A stretch of DNA of 64,000 bases from assembly GCA_041178425.1 (NCBI GenBank), contig JBEGVH010000020.1, positions 64,001 through 128,000 of the forward strand. Reading direction: 5' to 3'. This DNA is from Pseudomonadota bacterium (GTDB taxonomy: Bacteria > Bdellovibrionota > Bdellovibrionia > Bdellovibrionales > Bdellovibrionaceae). Position numbers and translations under genes: made by a program. Positions 1 through 9,890 of this stretch are shown one piece after another (within the stretch, counting starts at the first letter, position 1; every line of letters starts with the position of its first letter). The notes under the pieces are model-generated. The model did no database searches and was not told where the DNA came from. It worked only from the letters and a program-made list of their open reading frames with translations.

Positions 1-424
1 CGAAGGCCGTATTGGTATTGGCGCGCAAATGGTGGGAATCGCTCAAGGCGCTTACGAAGCCGCTCTTGGTTACGTAAAATCTCGCGAACAGTTTGGCAAA
101 CCCATCGCCCACTTCCAAGGAATCCAATTTCAGTTAGCCGAAATGCGTACGCAACTTGAAGCCGCTCGCTTGATGGTTTACAACGCCGCACGCCTCAAAG
201 ACGCTGGCCAAGATTTTATCGAATCAGCAGCGATGGCAAAACTATTCTCTTCAAAAGCCGCAGAGAAAATCACATCAATGGCCATCGACTTGTTTGGTGG
301 TAATGGTTTCACTCGTGAATACCCAGTCGAGAAGTTCTGGAGAGATGCAAAGATTGGTCAGATCTACGAAGGTACCACTAATATGCAAATGCAAACCATT
401 GCTAAAATGGAATTGGGATCGTAG
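1..424 (+). CDS. acyl-CoA dehydrogenase, C-terminal part (5' truncated by window)
   Basis: Open frame from base 2 (EGRIGIGAQMVG...); motifs REQFGKPIAHFQGIQF, FGGNGFTREYPVEKFWRDAKIGQIYEGT. Confidence 0.95.
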   Translation, partial: EGRIGIGAQMVGIAQGAYEAALGYVKSREQFGKPIAHFQGIQFQLAEMRTQLEAARLMVYNAARLKDAGQDFIESAAMAKLFSSKAAEKITSMAIDLFGGNGFTREYPVEKFWRDAKIGQIYEGTTNMQMQTIAKMELGS

Positions 425-459
425 GCGCGATAAAGCAAACCTGGGTGCTCGATCGGAAG

Positions 460-600
460 GGCGCCGAAGGGATTGGCCCGAAGGGATTCGTAAACGTTCA
501 GACAAGCGGTGCTCGCTTTTAGGCAAAGCCAAAAAGCTCCGCTCCGAACTCACTTTTCCGAATCCCTTCGGGCCAACCCCTTCGGCGCCTTTTTTGTTTT
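460..600. repeat. long imperfect palindrome (~130 nt hairpin) followed by a T-tract; REP/MITE-like element and/or terminator
   Basis: 460-490 GGCGCCGAAGGGATTGGCCCGAAGGGATTCG pairs with 559-589 (30/31 match); inner GCTTTTAGGC-AAA-GCCAAAAAGC also pairs; TTTTTTGTTTT follows. Confidence 0.75.
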
Positions 601-673
601 AAGCAGGAATTTTTAAAAATTAAAAAAGAGTTTTTTAGTTGTGTGGTAAGCGCGTTTGATCAATGCTTTTGGT

Positions 674-1207
674 ATGAATGCTTTGAGTTTAACGATGAAG
701 GCTCTCGATTTTGCGGCAAGAAAACACCGTGATCAGCGGCGCAAAGATCATCATTCGTCACCCTATATTAATCATCCGATTGCTTTGGCCCAAATTCTTG
801 TGAATGAAGCTAATATCGATGATGAGGTTGTTATTGCGGCGGCCATTCTCCACGATACCATCGAAGACACCGACACCTCCCCTGAAGAAATCGAAGTGCA
901 CTTTGGGGCTCATATTCGATCGATCGTTGAAGAGGTCACTGACGATATGACCCTCCCAAAGATGGAACGCCGAGCCCTACAAGTCGAACATGCGGCTCAC
1001 CTTTCAAAAGAAGCGGCCCTCGTCAAACTCGCCGACAAAATCGCCAACCTACGCGATGTACGACACTCTCCCCCACTCCGCTGGACTCCCGATCGCAAAC
1101 AAGAGTATCGCGAGTGGGCCCAACGGGTGATCGAAAACATCATCAATCCGCATCCAAAATTGCTCGTGCTTTTTAGCGCCGAGATCAGCTCTTCCTCCAA
1201 CACCTGA
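674..1207 (+). CDS. HD-domain protein, Mesh1/small alarmone hydrolase-like
   Basis: FAARKHRDQRRKD...PYINHP, AAILHDTIEDT, LVKLADKIANLRD motifs of the RelA/SpoT hydrolase domain with no synthetase domain; ATG at 674 preferred over TTG 656. Confidence 0.88.
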   Translation: MNALSLTMKALDFAARKHRDQRRKDHHSSPYINHPIALAQILVNEANIDDEVVIAAAILHDTIEDTDTSPEEIEVHFGAHIRSIVEEVTDDMTLPKMERRALQVEHAAHLSKEAALVKLADKIANLRDVRHSPPLRWTPDRKQEYREWAQRVIENIINPHPKLLVLFSAEISSSSNT

Positions 1208-1217
1208 GGAGACGAGC

Positions 1218-1302
1218 CTCTCGCCGGGGCAAGACCAAGGCACCAAGAAATTCGGGACGGCCAATCCTTGGCCTCCGCCGACGTGGCCAGCCCCGGCGAG
1301 AG
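1218..1302. repeat. GC-rich inverted repeat / structured element
   Basis: CTCTCGCCGGGGC (1218-1230) perfectly complementary to GCCCCGGCGAGAG (1290-1302); inner CCAAGG/CCTTGG. Confidence 0.65.
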
Positions 1303-1517
1303 CATTAAATAAATTTTAGTTGTCGACGAAATGATCATTGCAAGTGGGTCTTCAGATGCTTGAAAAGTATGCACTTTGTCTGCAATTGAATAGTTCTTTT
1401 ACAGTGCCCGTCTCATACTGATAATTCTAAATACGTTTTAGAGGCTGTTCACTTTTTTTTAAAATTTGGCATTTCTTCATTTTGGTGTCTTCGTTAAACT
1501 GTCAGAGTGGGGGCATC

Positions 1518-3032
1518 ATGACGCTATTCAATCGCAATAAACAAATGGGATTTAGCCTTATTGAAATGCTCTTAGTCGTTGCGATTATGGGAATCGTTGC
1601 CGCCGGTTTTTCTCAAATCCTCTGGGATTCTAAAAAGTTTCAAAGTCATATAGAGCTCAAAGGTGAATCCGTTGATTTTAAAAACATGACGGCTCTGACT
1701 CTCAAGAGCTCTGAGACTTGTAAAAAAGCCCTGCATCTCGACGATGATATTGTAAAGTTTCCAAAAACAGCGATTCCTCATTACGATGGCGACACGTTAA
1801 AATGTCCGGCCGGCGATGACAAATGCGAAAAGGCTGTTGGGATTCGTTTAAAAAAACTCGAAATCATGGGCCGCGAAGAATATGATACCAGCTCTTTCTC
1901 TGGTGGTCGTGTGGCCTCTGGCGACGACACCGTTGGTGCTAGAGGAACTAAAATTAATCCACGCCTTTATCTCCACGACCTTCAAATCGAGTTCAAAAAA
2001 CCCCTTGGAGGCACCGGAGAGAATAAAACCACCTATATCACGAGTCTCATGATTCAAATGAACAAGGCTGCTGCGGATGCCTCTATTGGCTCACCAGAGC
2101 TCAGAACACGCCAGCCCGTTATTTTTAAATTAGCCGAAGATGGCAATGACTTTAAAGTGGCCGATTGCTTTCTTGATTCGGGTGATGATCCGCAAGGTCA
2201 ATGTCTTAAATTGGGGGGCCGCTGGCTCGCCAGCTCGAATAATGGTGGTAGTGGGGGAAGTGTATTGGGCATTACGAATGTGTCTTGTCCAAAAACCAAA
2301 CTCGATACGGGTGGCTCTTCTGGGAAGTGTATCTTCAGCAATAATTATCCGCTAGGCCCAAAGGAGCTTCCTGATGGGATCCCCTGCCATGGCAATCAAA
2401 ATGAGTTGAATGAGCGTCCCATAACCTGTTTTTTTAAAGATGGGGTAAAAATTAGTGAAAAAATTTGTCCCGCTCGTGATTCCGCTGATACTCCTGGAAA
2501 AAAGAAGTGCGTCTTCGTCAATGGAGAATGGCAATTTGTCAAACAAACCGGTGGCACCTACAAAAAGCTAAGAGCTTGCGATGAGGGTGTAGAAGTAACT
2601 AAAGCTCCATCAGGCCTTAAAGTTTATGATTGGAACGATAATGGCACTAATCCATTGAATCCCAACGCACTCCCAGATGAGCCCACAATACTCACCGGAG
2701 CTGCCCGCTGCCTGGTAGACATCGAAAGAAATATTTATAAAGAATGCACCAATGCAGACCAAGACGAAGGCGAAGCGGCCAAGATGGAAAAAAAGGCTTG
2801 TTGGTGGATTAATGGAACTGCAAACAACGGAAAGTTAAGCAGTGCTCAAGCAACTGAAGACCTCATTAAGAAACGAATTTCCTACTGTGAAAAAGTTAAC
2901 AAAAATGACCCAACAGAGTGCCCCCCCAAAAATAATTTGGGGAACTACAAGGGCTGGTACTACATCACCGGAAAAAATCAGAGTGGTAAGTATATTGGCA
3001 TCCCTTGCTTCGAAGTAGAGGTGGAACAATAG
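1518..3032 (+). CDS. large Cys-rich type IV pilin-like / prepilin-cleavage-motif protein
   Basis: MTLFNRNKQMG|FSLIEMLLVVAIMGIVAAGF class III signal (G|F, E5, hydrophobic helix); many Cys in the C-terminal half. Confidence 0.85.
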   Translation: MTLFNRNKQMGFSLIEMLLVVAIMGIVAAGFSQILWDSKKFQSHIELKGESVDFKNMTALTLKSSETCKKALHLDDDIVKFPKTAIPHYDGDTLKCPAGDDKCEKAVGIRLKKLEIMGREEYDTSSFSGGRVASGDDTVGARGTKINPRLYLHDLQIEFKKPLGGTGENKTTYITSLMIQMNKAAADASIGSPELRTRQPVIFKLAEDGNDFKVADCFLDSGDDPQGQCLKLGGRWLASSNNGGSGGSVLGITNVSCPKTKLDTGGSSGKCIFSNNYPLGPKELPDGIPCHGNQNELNERPITCFFKDGVKISEKICPARDSADTPGKKKCVFVNGEWQFVKQTGGTYKKLRACDEGVEVTKAPSGLKVYDWNDNGTNPLNPNALPDEPTILTGAARCLVDIERNIYKECTNADQDEGEAAKMEKKACWWINGTANNGKLSSAQATEDLIKKRISYCEKVNKNDPTECPPKNNLGNYKGWYYITGKNQSGKYIGIPCFEVEVEQ

Positions 3033-3112
3033 ACTACCAAACTAATTAAAAAAAATTCAGGGTGACTTCTTCGTGCTTCCCTAGCTCATATGTGTTAGGG
3101 AATCTCGACAAT

Positions 3113-5317
3113 ATGAAAAGCTTTTCTCGCCCTCTGAACCTCTCAAACAAATCTCTCACCCATCGCATTTTGGTGGCGCTTGGCTTGGGACTATTCATGG
3201 GCGTGTTTCTGGGTGAAAAAGCAGCGACCTTTCAGATTTTAGGAACCATCTACATTGGCCTTATGCAAATGGCCGTACTACCCTACATCATTTTTTCACT
3301 TATTTTGGCCATCGGACGTTTAAATTTTCAGCAAATGAAAAAAATCATTCTGACCAGCGCCGTATTTTTTGTGGGATTTTATCTTGTAGCCGCTACGGTG
3401 GTGGTCATTATTTCTACAAGCTTTCCACCCACCATCACAAGCCACACCTTAGAACTGCCCCCCTTGGTTAACAACGGCCCTGGCGATCTTCTGAATTTAT
3501 TTATTCCTTCAAACCCCTTCAGAGCTCTCGCCGAAAATGCGGTGCCGGCGGTTGTGCTCTTCTCACTTCTATTTGGTTTTGCTGTTATTAACCTTCCCAA
3601 TAAAGACGACCTTCTCAAACCTTTGCAAGTGATTGTTGATGGCCTTAAACAAGTGAATGCCATGGTTCTTCTTCTCACCCCCCTGGGAATTTTTGGAATG
3701 GCGGCAAACCTGGCTGGCACTATGACTCTCGAAGAGCTTCACCGGCTGCAGGCTTATTATTTAACATTCGGGTTTGCGGTTTTACTGTTGAGCTTTGTGG
3801 TGCTTCCGGCTCTCGTCGCCTTATCAACCCCCTTTACCTATCGCGAAGTCATCGCTTCATCTCGAAATGCAATGTTAACTGCCTTTGTTACTGGAAGTGT
3901 GTTTCCCGTAATGCCTCTTCTTTCGGAGGGAACACGAACCCTTCTCGAAAAAATTCCACCCAAGTCAGACAACAATAATAATCCCACCAATATCAACGAT
4001 GTTCTCTTGCCATTAGCCTACCCGTTTCCGAGCAGTAATAATGTTGTTGATCTGCTTTTTATACCCTTTGCCGCTTGGTTTATTGGAAAGACACTTTCGC
4101 TCTTTGATGCCTTTACTATGGTGGGCTCGGGTTTTTTTCTCCTCTTTGGAAAGGTTTATTTAACCATTCCCTTTTTGCTTAATTATTTTCACCTGCCAGA
4201 AAATCTCTTTCAGGTGTTTCTGGGTGCGGGTGTCCTGGCGGCCCGAATGGGTGATTTCTTAGGCCCCATGCACTATTATGCTTTTGTTCTGATTACGGCA
4301 TCGTACCTTCGAGGTTATTTTGAAGTACGCTGGAGACTAGCGATTCCGGTGCTTGTGAGTGTTTTGATTCCAATTGTTATTGGCATTAGTGTTTTGAACT
4401 GGCAAATAAATCGAATCGACGAAAAGGCTACTCAAGCACAAAACATAAATCTCCTGCCCACGCCCACGCTCGAGATCACCGCACCCCTTCAAGAAGTTGA
4501 AGCCAGAGAGAATCCGACTCCGCTTTTGATGGGAGAATCGAGACTACAGAGAATTCTCAGACGTGGCATATTACGTGTCGGTTTTCGAGAGAACCAGCGC
4601 CCTTTCAGTTATAGAGATTCAACAGCACAACTCATCGGCATTGATATCGACTTAATTCATCGTTTAGCCGCCGAGCTGAATGTTTCGATTGAGGTTATAC
4701 CCTTCGAATTAGACCAACTCGCCGAACACTTCAAAAAAGATCACTTTGATGTGGCCATCGCTGGAATTCAAGACTCCATTCAAGTGTATTCGAGCCATAG
4801 AATGTCTGAACCCTATCTTAGCGCGCGAGTCGCCGTGATTACAAAGGACTATCAGCGAGAAAACATTGAAAACCTCGACGGAAACGCCACTCGTCCCGAG
4901 CAACGTTGGAGCGTCGATCAAAACGACATCTGGGCAAAGCGCCTCGCTAAGGTGTTTCCGCAAGCAACAATCATTCCGATGGAAACTATCATTCCCTTTT
5001 TTACCGATGCACGATTAGGCCTTGAGGGCCTCATCACCACTGATATAATTGCGCTCTCATGGATGAAGGTTTTGCCTGGATTTGCGATTCAGTACCCGGA
5101 AAAAATTCAGGAACACGTCACCTATGGTTTTGCTATTGCAGGCCGAGACTCCGATTTGACCGGTTTGATCAATGAATGGATCGAAATCAAAAAACAAGAT
5201 CGAACCATTGAAAAGCTACAATCGCGATGGGTTCGTGGCCAGGACCCAGAAAAGTCTAAGCCTCCGCGATGGTCTATCGCCAGCGATGTCTTGGGCTGGG
5301 ATATCCCCTTTTTATAA
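3113..5317 (+). CDS. dicarboxylate/amino acid:cation symporter (DAACS) fused to a family-3 solute-binding domain
   Basis: N-terminal multi-TM region with FIPSNPFRALAE, PLGIFG; C-terminal RGILRVG..PFSY..GIDIDL..FDVAIAG SBP_bac_3 motifs. Confidence 0.85.
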   Translation: MKSFSRPLNLSNKSLTHRILVALGLGLFMGVFLGEKAATFQILGTIYIGLMQMAVLPYIIFSLILAIGRLNFQQMKKIILTSAVFFVGFYLVAATVVVIISTSFPPTITSHTLELPPLVNNGPGDLLNLFIPSNPFRALAENAVPAVVLFSLLFGFAVINLPNKDDLLKPLQVIVDGLKQVNAMVLLLTPLGIFGMAANLAGTMTLEELHRLQAYYLTFGFAVLLLSFVVLPALVALSTPFTYREVIASSRNAMLTAFVTGSVFPVMPLLSEGTRTLLEKIPPKSDNNNNPTNINDVLLPLAYPFPSSNNVVDLLFIPFAAWFIGKTLSLFDAFTMVGSGFFLLFGKVYLTIPFLLNYFHLPENLFQVFLGAGVLAARMGDFLGPMHYYAFVLITASYLRGYFEVRWRLAIPVLVSVLIPIVIGISVLNWQINRIDEKATQAQNINLLPTPTLEITAPLQEVEARENPTPLLMGESRLQRILRRGILRVGFRENQRPFSYRDSTAQLIGIDIDLIHRLAAELNVSIEVIPFELDQLAEHFKKDHFDVAIAGIQDSIQVYSSHRMSEPYLSARVAVITKDYQRENIENLDGNATRPEQRWSVDQNDIWAKRLAKVFPQATIIPMETIIPFFTDARLGLEGLITTDIIALSWMKVLPGFAIQYPEKIQEHVTYGFAIAGRDSDLTGLINEWIEIKKQDRTIEKLQSRWVRGQDPEKSKPPRWSIASDVLGWDIPFL

Positions 5318-5776
5318 AGACCCAAGAACCTGCACCCGTCGGGTGCCATCCGGAAGGACTTGCCAATCAAGGCGTAAATAAAAAAAGTTTTGTGGAATCT
5401 GAGAGTCATCGATGCGATCAATCCACTCAACGGCCATGATCACTTGGTCTTCGTAGAACAGGTCCCAAAAACCGCTGCTCTCAATCTCTTCTTCGGTTTG
5501 CAATCGAAACAAATCTAAATGATGAAGAACCCAATGAGTACTTTCGTATTGCTGATGAATCGCATACGACGGTGAGTTCGCGTCTTGCGATGACATTCCC
5601 AACTCTTGCGCCAAGGCTTTTACAAAATGGGTTTTACCGCTACCCATGTCTCCCTGTAGGCCAATCAAATTACGACTGCTCTTGATGAGAGTTAAAATCT
5701 CTTTTGCCAGAGACTGAGTGTCTTCGAGAGATTTGAGATCTTTGGTAAATAGCATTTTAAGACGAGCGTTTGCCAT
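5312..5776 (-). CDS. tsaE: tRNA threonylcarbamoyladenosine biosynthesis ATPase
   Basis: LQGDMGSGKT, NSPSY, HLDLFRL, VEW motifs; follows nnr. Confidence 0.93.
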   Translation of the reverse strand: MANARLKMLFTKDLKSLEDTQSLAKEILTLIKSSRNLIGLQGDMGSGKTHFVKALAQELGMSSQDANSPSYAIHQQYESTHWVLHHLDLFRLQTEEEIESSGFWDLFYEDQVIMAVEWIDRIDDSQIPQNFFYLRLDWQVLPDGTRRVQVLGSL

Positions 5777-7304
5777 ACAGGCCTTTCAAAACACGGGGCA
5801 AAAGATCTGGCAAGTCCGAAGCCACAAGTGTGAAATCATTCTTCCATTTTTTAACATAAAGATCACCTGCTCGCCCATGGAGATAAACCGCAAAGCGAAG
5901 TGCCTGTTCGAAGGATTGCCCCCTCGCAAGGGCGCCTCCGATCATTCCTGCTAATACGTCACCGGTTCCTGCTTTGGCGAGAACAGGCCCCCCGGCACCA
6001 ATCACGGAGACCTCTCGTTGAGATTCGCAAATCATCGTGCGAAAGCCCTTCAAGATAGGACTTCCACCCAATTGTTCTTTAGCTCTCATGAGCATTTGGA
6101 ATCTATTCTCATTGATTGTATCAACTTTAACGTCGAGAAGTCGCGCCAACTCTCCCGCATGAGGGGTGAGAACCCATGACTTGGGAACCGGATAAAGATT
6201 TTTAATCTTTAGTAATTGAAGGGCATCGGCATCAATAACGACCGGGAGATGAGAAAACTTTTTTAACACATTTTTAATCAAACGTTCACTCTGCTCAGAG
6301 ACACCAAGGCCAGGTCCAATCACAACGGCTGTTGGAGCTTTAATCTTATTTAAAAAATATAACTCTGAATCAAGGATCGCTGACATAATGTGGGGTGGAA
6401 CCGAAACTTTATACCCAGAGGACTGTTGCCACCGCGCCCAAGTCACATATCCTGCCCCCATACGAGCACCTGCAAGAGCGGCGAGGGCTCCAGCCCCTTC
6501 CATTCCCTCAGAACCAGCAATCACCAACAGGTGACCTCGGTTTGACTTATGGTTATTCCAAGATGCTCTTTCGGGGAAATCATTGAGAACTTCTCGAACA
6601 CCTACAAATTTTATTTTGGGACTTAGTTGCCCTACCGCCTCATCTGAAAAACCAATGTTCAGAACTTTAATCCGACCACACACAGAAGGACCATCACCGA
6701 TGAGCATTCCAAGTTTGGCAAAACCCATAGTATAAGTTTGATTCGCAATTACCACTCCCTCGCAAGCGAGCCCCGTGGTGCCATGAAGTCCCGACGGAAT
6801 ATCAATAGCAATGGTTACAGAAGACCGTTGTTGTAAAAACCGTATTGAGCTTTGCCAATTTGAACTGAGAGGGCGCGACAAACCGACACCAAAGGCCGCA
6901 TCCACCATGATATCCCAGATCAATGGGGTTGGGCGGCTTGTGAGAAAATCCAAGCCCTTATCGCCCACCCAAATCACAAAAGGAAACTCTGACAGGAGCT
7001 CGTCCTTCTTTTTTAACCACAATGGTGACGCCCCCTCTTCGGGGCAAACCAAGGTTAACTGAATAGCCTTTGATTGGCGCCTCAGAAGTTCGCGCGCAAT
7101 CACCAAACCATCGCCGCCATTGTTACCGGGTCCGACCAAAACGACTATTTTTTTAAATTGGGGAAAATCTTTTAACAACTGGGAGGCAGCCTTCGAACCA
7201 GCCCTCTCCATCAGTGATTCAGCAGAAACATTTTGGATTGTTTGAGTGAGATGATCGAGCTGCTGCGCTTGTTCGGCGGTCACCAGTTTTCTCATCTCCA
7301 CCAC
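5757..7304 (-). CDS. nnr: bifunctional NAD(P)HX epimerase/dehydratase
   Basis: LMERAG, GPGNNGGDG, IDIPSG, IGPGLG, DADAL, LTPHAGE, AGTGDVLAG. Confidence 0.95.
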   Translation of the reverse strand: MVEMRKLVTAEQAQQLDHLTQTIQNVSAESLMERAGSKAASQLLKDFPQFKKIVVLVGPGNNGGDGLVIARELLRRQSKAIQLTLVCPEEGASPLWLKKKDELLSEFPFVIWVGDKGLDFLTSRPTPLIWDIMVDAAFGVGLSRPLSSNWQSSIRFLQQRSSVTIAIDIPSGLHGTTGLACEGVVIANQTYTMGFAKLGMLIGDGPSVCGRIKVLNIGFSDEAVGQLSPKIKFVGVREVLNDFPERASWNNHKSNRGHLLVIAGSEGMEGAGALAALAGARMGAGYVTWARWQQSSGYKVSVPPHIMSAILDSELYFLNKIKAPTAVVIGPGLGVSEQSERLIKNVLKKFSHLPVVIDADALQLLKIKNLYPVPKSWVLTPHAGELARLLDVKVDTINENRFQMLMRAKEQLGGSPILKGFRTMICESQREVSVIGAGGPVLAKAGTGDVLAGMIGGALARGQSFEQALRFAVYLHGRAGDLYVKKWKNDFTLVASDLPDLLPRVLKGLYGKRSS

Positions 7305-7316
7305 ACCTAATTAGAT

Positions 7317-8045
7317 TTATTTTAGTTGTTTGATTGTTTTTTTAATAGCCGCAGTCAAACCCATCTCGACAGAGTAACAAACGATTGAATGCCCAATATT
7401 AACTTCGCGCAGATGCGGAAGGGCCGTGATTTCTTTGGCTGTTTCAAAATCAAGGCCATGCCCAGCATGAACGCGAAGGCCGTTTTTATTGGCAAATTCA
7501 GCTGCCACATTGAGGGCGTGCCATTCCTGCCGTCGGACCTGCCCCTTGGCGTTGACCCAATGCCCGGTATGGAATTCAACCGCGTCAGCACCAAGCTCTG
7601 CTGCTTCGTTAACTTGATTGATCGATGGACCAATAAACAAAGAAACTTTAATGCCTTGTTTTTGAAGCTTTGGAATCAACTGAGAAAGCGCCTTTGAGGC
7701 TTTTACAACATCTAGGCCACCCTCGGTTGTTAATTCTTTACGTTTTTCAGGCACCAAGCAAACCCATTCCGGCTTGTACTTGATAGCAAGCTTCTCCATT
7801 TCGGGAGTGAGTGCCATTTCTAGATTTAACGGAATACCCTTGGTATTCGAAAGAGCATCAAGATCTTCTAGTTGGATATGGCGGCGATCTTCCCGAAGAT
7901 GAATGGTGATTTGATCAGCTCCCGCTTTCATCGCTAACTTAGCCATATCAACAAGATCAGGATAAGATGTTGTTCCGCCACGAACTTGTCGTAGTGTAGC
8001 GATATGATCGATATTAACACCTAAACTAATCTTGCGTTTCTTCAT
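7317..8045 (-). CDS. pdxJ: pyridoxine 5'-phosphate synthase
   Basis: LGVNIDHIATLRQ, HLREDRRHI, LVPEKRKELTTEGGLD, HAGHGL, EVNIGHS. Confidence 0.97.
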   Translation of the reverse strand: MKKRKISLGVNIDHIATLRQVRGGTTSYPDLVDMAKLAMKAGADQITIHLREDRRHIQLEDLDALSNTKGIPLNLEMALTPEMEKLAIKYKPEWVCLVPEKRKELTTEGGLDVVKASKALSQLIPKLQKQGIKVSLFIGPSINQVNEAAELGADAVEFHTGHWVNAKGQVRRQEWHALNVAAEFANKNGLRVHAGHGLDFETAKEITALPHLREVNIGHSIVCYSVEMGLTAAIKKTIKQLK

Positions 8046-9472
8046 TACATTAACTCTTTCTCTAAGAGAGCCGCAATGTCTTGGGCATGCTCATGAATTC
8101 TGTTTCGATCGGGTCCTTCTACCAATATTCTAATCACAGGTTCAGTTCCAGAGAAACGAATAAATAAACGCCCCTCCTCTCCTAGCTCTGTGGAGATTTT
8201 ACCAATCAGTTCGTTATACCCTTTAATGTCATCAAGGGAGGCTCGACGTTTGACCCGCACGTTGATCAAAATTTGCGGAACTTCTTCAATCCAACCCTGG
8301 AGTTCGCTGAGTCGCTTTTTACTCTCGCGCATAACAGCCAATACGTTAAGCGCTGCCACACAACCATCACCGGTTGTTGAGTGGTCGAGAAAAATAATAT
8401 GGCCCGACTGTTCTCCACCGAGATTACCCGATGAGCGACGAAGTTCTTCCACCACATACTTATCGCCGACATTCACTTTTGAAACCTGGATGCCGTGTTT
8501 TTTCATCACTTTTTCTAGGCCAAAGTTACTCATGTGAGTAACAACTAGCCGGTTGTTTTTCAGAGTGCCGTTCTTTTTCATGTGGATAGCGCAGATTCCG
8601 AGAATATGGTCGCCATTTAAAACCTGACCTTTTTCATCAACCATCATCACGCGATCGGCATCGCCGTCGAGGCTCACGCCCACATCGGCACGATAAAAAA
8701 GAACTGCATTGGCAACGGCCGTAGGATAGAGTGCTCCAGATTTATCATTAATATTAAGACCATTAGGCTCATCACCAATTTGAATCACTTCGGCACCGAG
8801 TTCTTCAAATACAGCCTTAGCTACTTTGTAAGAAGCGCCATTGGCCGTATCGAGAACAATGCGCAAACCATCGAGGGTAAAATCCATCGGAAAAGTGTTT
8901 TTTGCGTGAACAATATAGCGCCCCTGAGCATCGTCAATGCGGCGAGATCTCCCAAGCTGATTTGACTTTGCCAGATACTCGTCGAAATGATCTTCGTGAA
9001 TAAGGCGCTCTATCTCACGTTCCATCTCATCTGGAATTTTAAACCCATCTGCGGCAAAGATTTTAATGCCGTTATCTGAATAAGGATTGTGACTAGCAGA
9101 AATAACAATCCCGGCATCGGCTCTCATATTGCGTGTAATAAAACCGATTCCTGGTGTTGGTAGCGGGCCTACTAATTGAACATCGACACCCATGGAGTTC
9201 AAACCCGACGCCAATGCCATTTCTAACATATAACCCGAAAGGCGCGTATCTTTACCGATAACTACCTTGGGCGTTGGTGATTTACCCTCTACCCGTTTTT
9301 TTTGTAGTAACACGCCAATAGCTTGACCTACTTTAACAACCACGTTTGGAAGCATGGGAAACTGATTAGCCTGGCCGCGAATACCATCGGTTCCAAAAAG
9401 TTTTGCTGGCGCTTTTGATTTTTCGTTTTTCTTATTAACTTGTTTATCCACGTCTCTCACCTTTATACGCAT
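8045..9472 (-). CDS. glmM: phosphoglucosamine mutase
   Basis: FGTDGIRG, ISASHNPYSDNGIK, DGDADR, GGEQSGH, RFSGTEP. Confidence 0.97.
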   Translation of the reverse strand: MRIKVRDVDKQVNKKNEKSKAPAKLFGTDGIRGQANQFPMLPNVVVKVGQAIGVLLQKKRVEGKSPTPKVVIGKDTRLSGYMLEMALASGLNSMGVDVQLVGPLPTPGIGFITRNMRADAGIVISASHNPYSDNGIKIFAADGFKIPDEMEREIERLIHEDHFDEYLAKSNQLGRSRRIDDAQGRYIVHAKNTFPMDFTLDGLRIVLDTANGASYKVAKAVFEELGAEVIQIGDEPNGLNINDKSGALYPTAVANAVLFYRADVGVSLDGDADRVMMVDEKGQVLNGDHILGICAIHMKKNGTLKNNRLVVTHMSNFGLEKVMKKHGIQVSKVNVGDKYVVEELRRSSGNLGGEQSGHIIFLDHSTTGDGCVAALNVLAVMRESKKRLSELQGWIEEVPQILINVRVKRRASLDDIKGYNELIGKISTELGEEGRLFIRFSGTEPVIRILVEGPDRNRIHEHAQDIAALLEKELM

Positions 9473-9488
9473 CCATTAAAGTAAACCT

Positions 9489-9890
9489 TTATTTTACGGG
9501 CTCTACCTTTAATTTATTAATTTGCAATACCACTTCTCGTGGCTTGATAGAAAGCACTTTTATCGCCGATGGCAACTGAAGATCTGTTATGGGAATTTCA
9601 GCCGAATTCGGCCCGAGACTTGGTGTTCGAATCGGCACGATCAGCGTAGCTGGCCACGACTTCTCTAGAAATCTTTTCAAGATAGGACGGGGGCCCTCCA
9701 CCCGAACATTCACCTCGAACTCTCTTGGCCCAACAATTTCATAATCGTTAGGAACTACGAACTGCACCATCACATTTTGATTGGCAACCATCTCACGTTG
9801 ACTGACCACGGTAACCCACAAAATTAATGTGATCAAAAAGGCGATCACTTTGTAGCCAAAATGTTCTATCGAAAAACGCTTGGTTATCAT
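9489..9890 (-). CDS. cdaR: CdaR/YbbR-like regulator of diadenylate cyclase
   Basis: N-terminal TM (KVIAFLITLILWVTV), VNVRVEGPR YbbR-like motif; position between cdaA and glmM. Confidence 0.75.
   Translation of the reverse strand: MITKRFSIEHFGYKVIAFLITLILWVTVVSQREMVANQNVMVQFVVPNDYEIVGPREFEVNVRVEGPRPILKRFLEKSWPATLIVPIRTPSLGPNSAEIPITDLQLPSAIKVLSIKPREVVLQINKLKVEPVK

Noticed and set aside
294..602. 102-aa ORF across the long hairpin
   Set aside because: Overlaps the acyl-CoA dehydrogenase out of frame and runs through a palindrome; no recognisable motif.
460..1302. Integron cassette with attC sites around the HD gene
   Set aside because: The hairpins lack RYYYAAC/GTTRRRY ends and no integron integrase is present.
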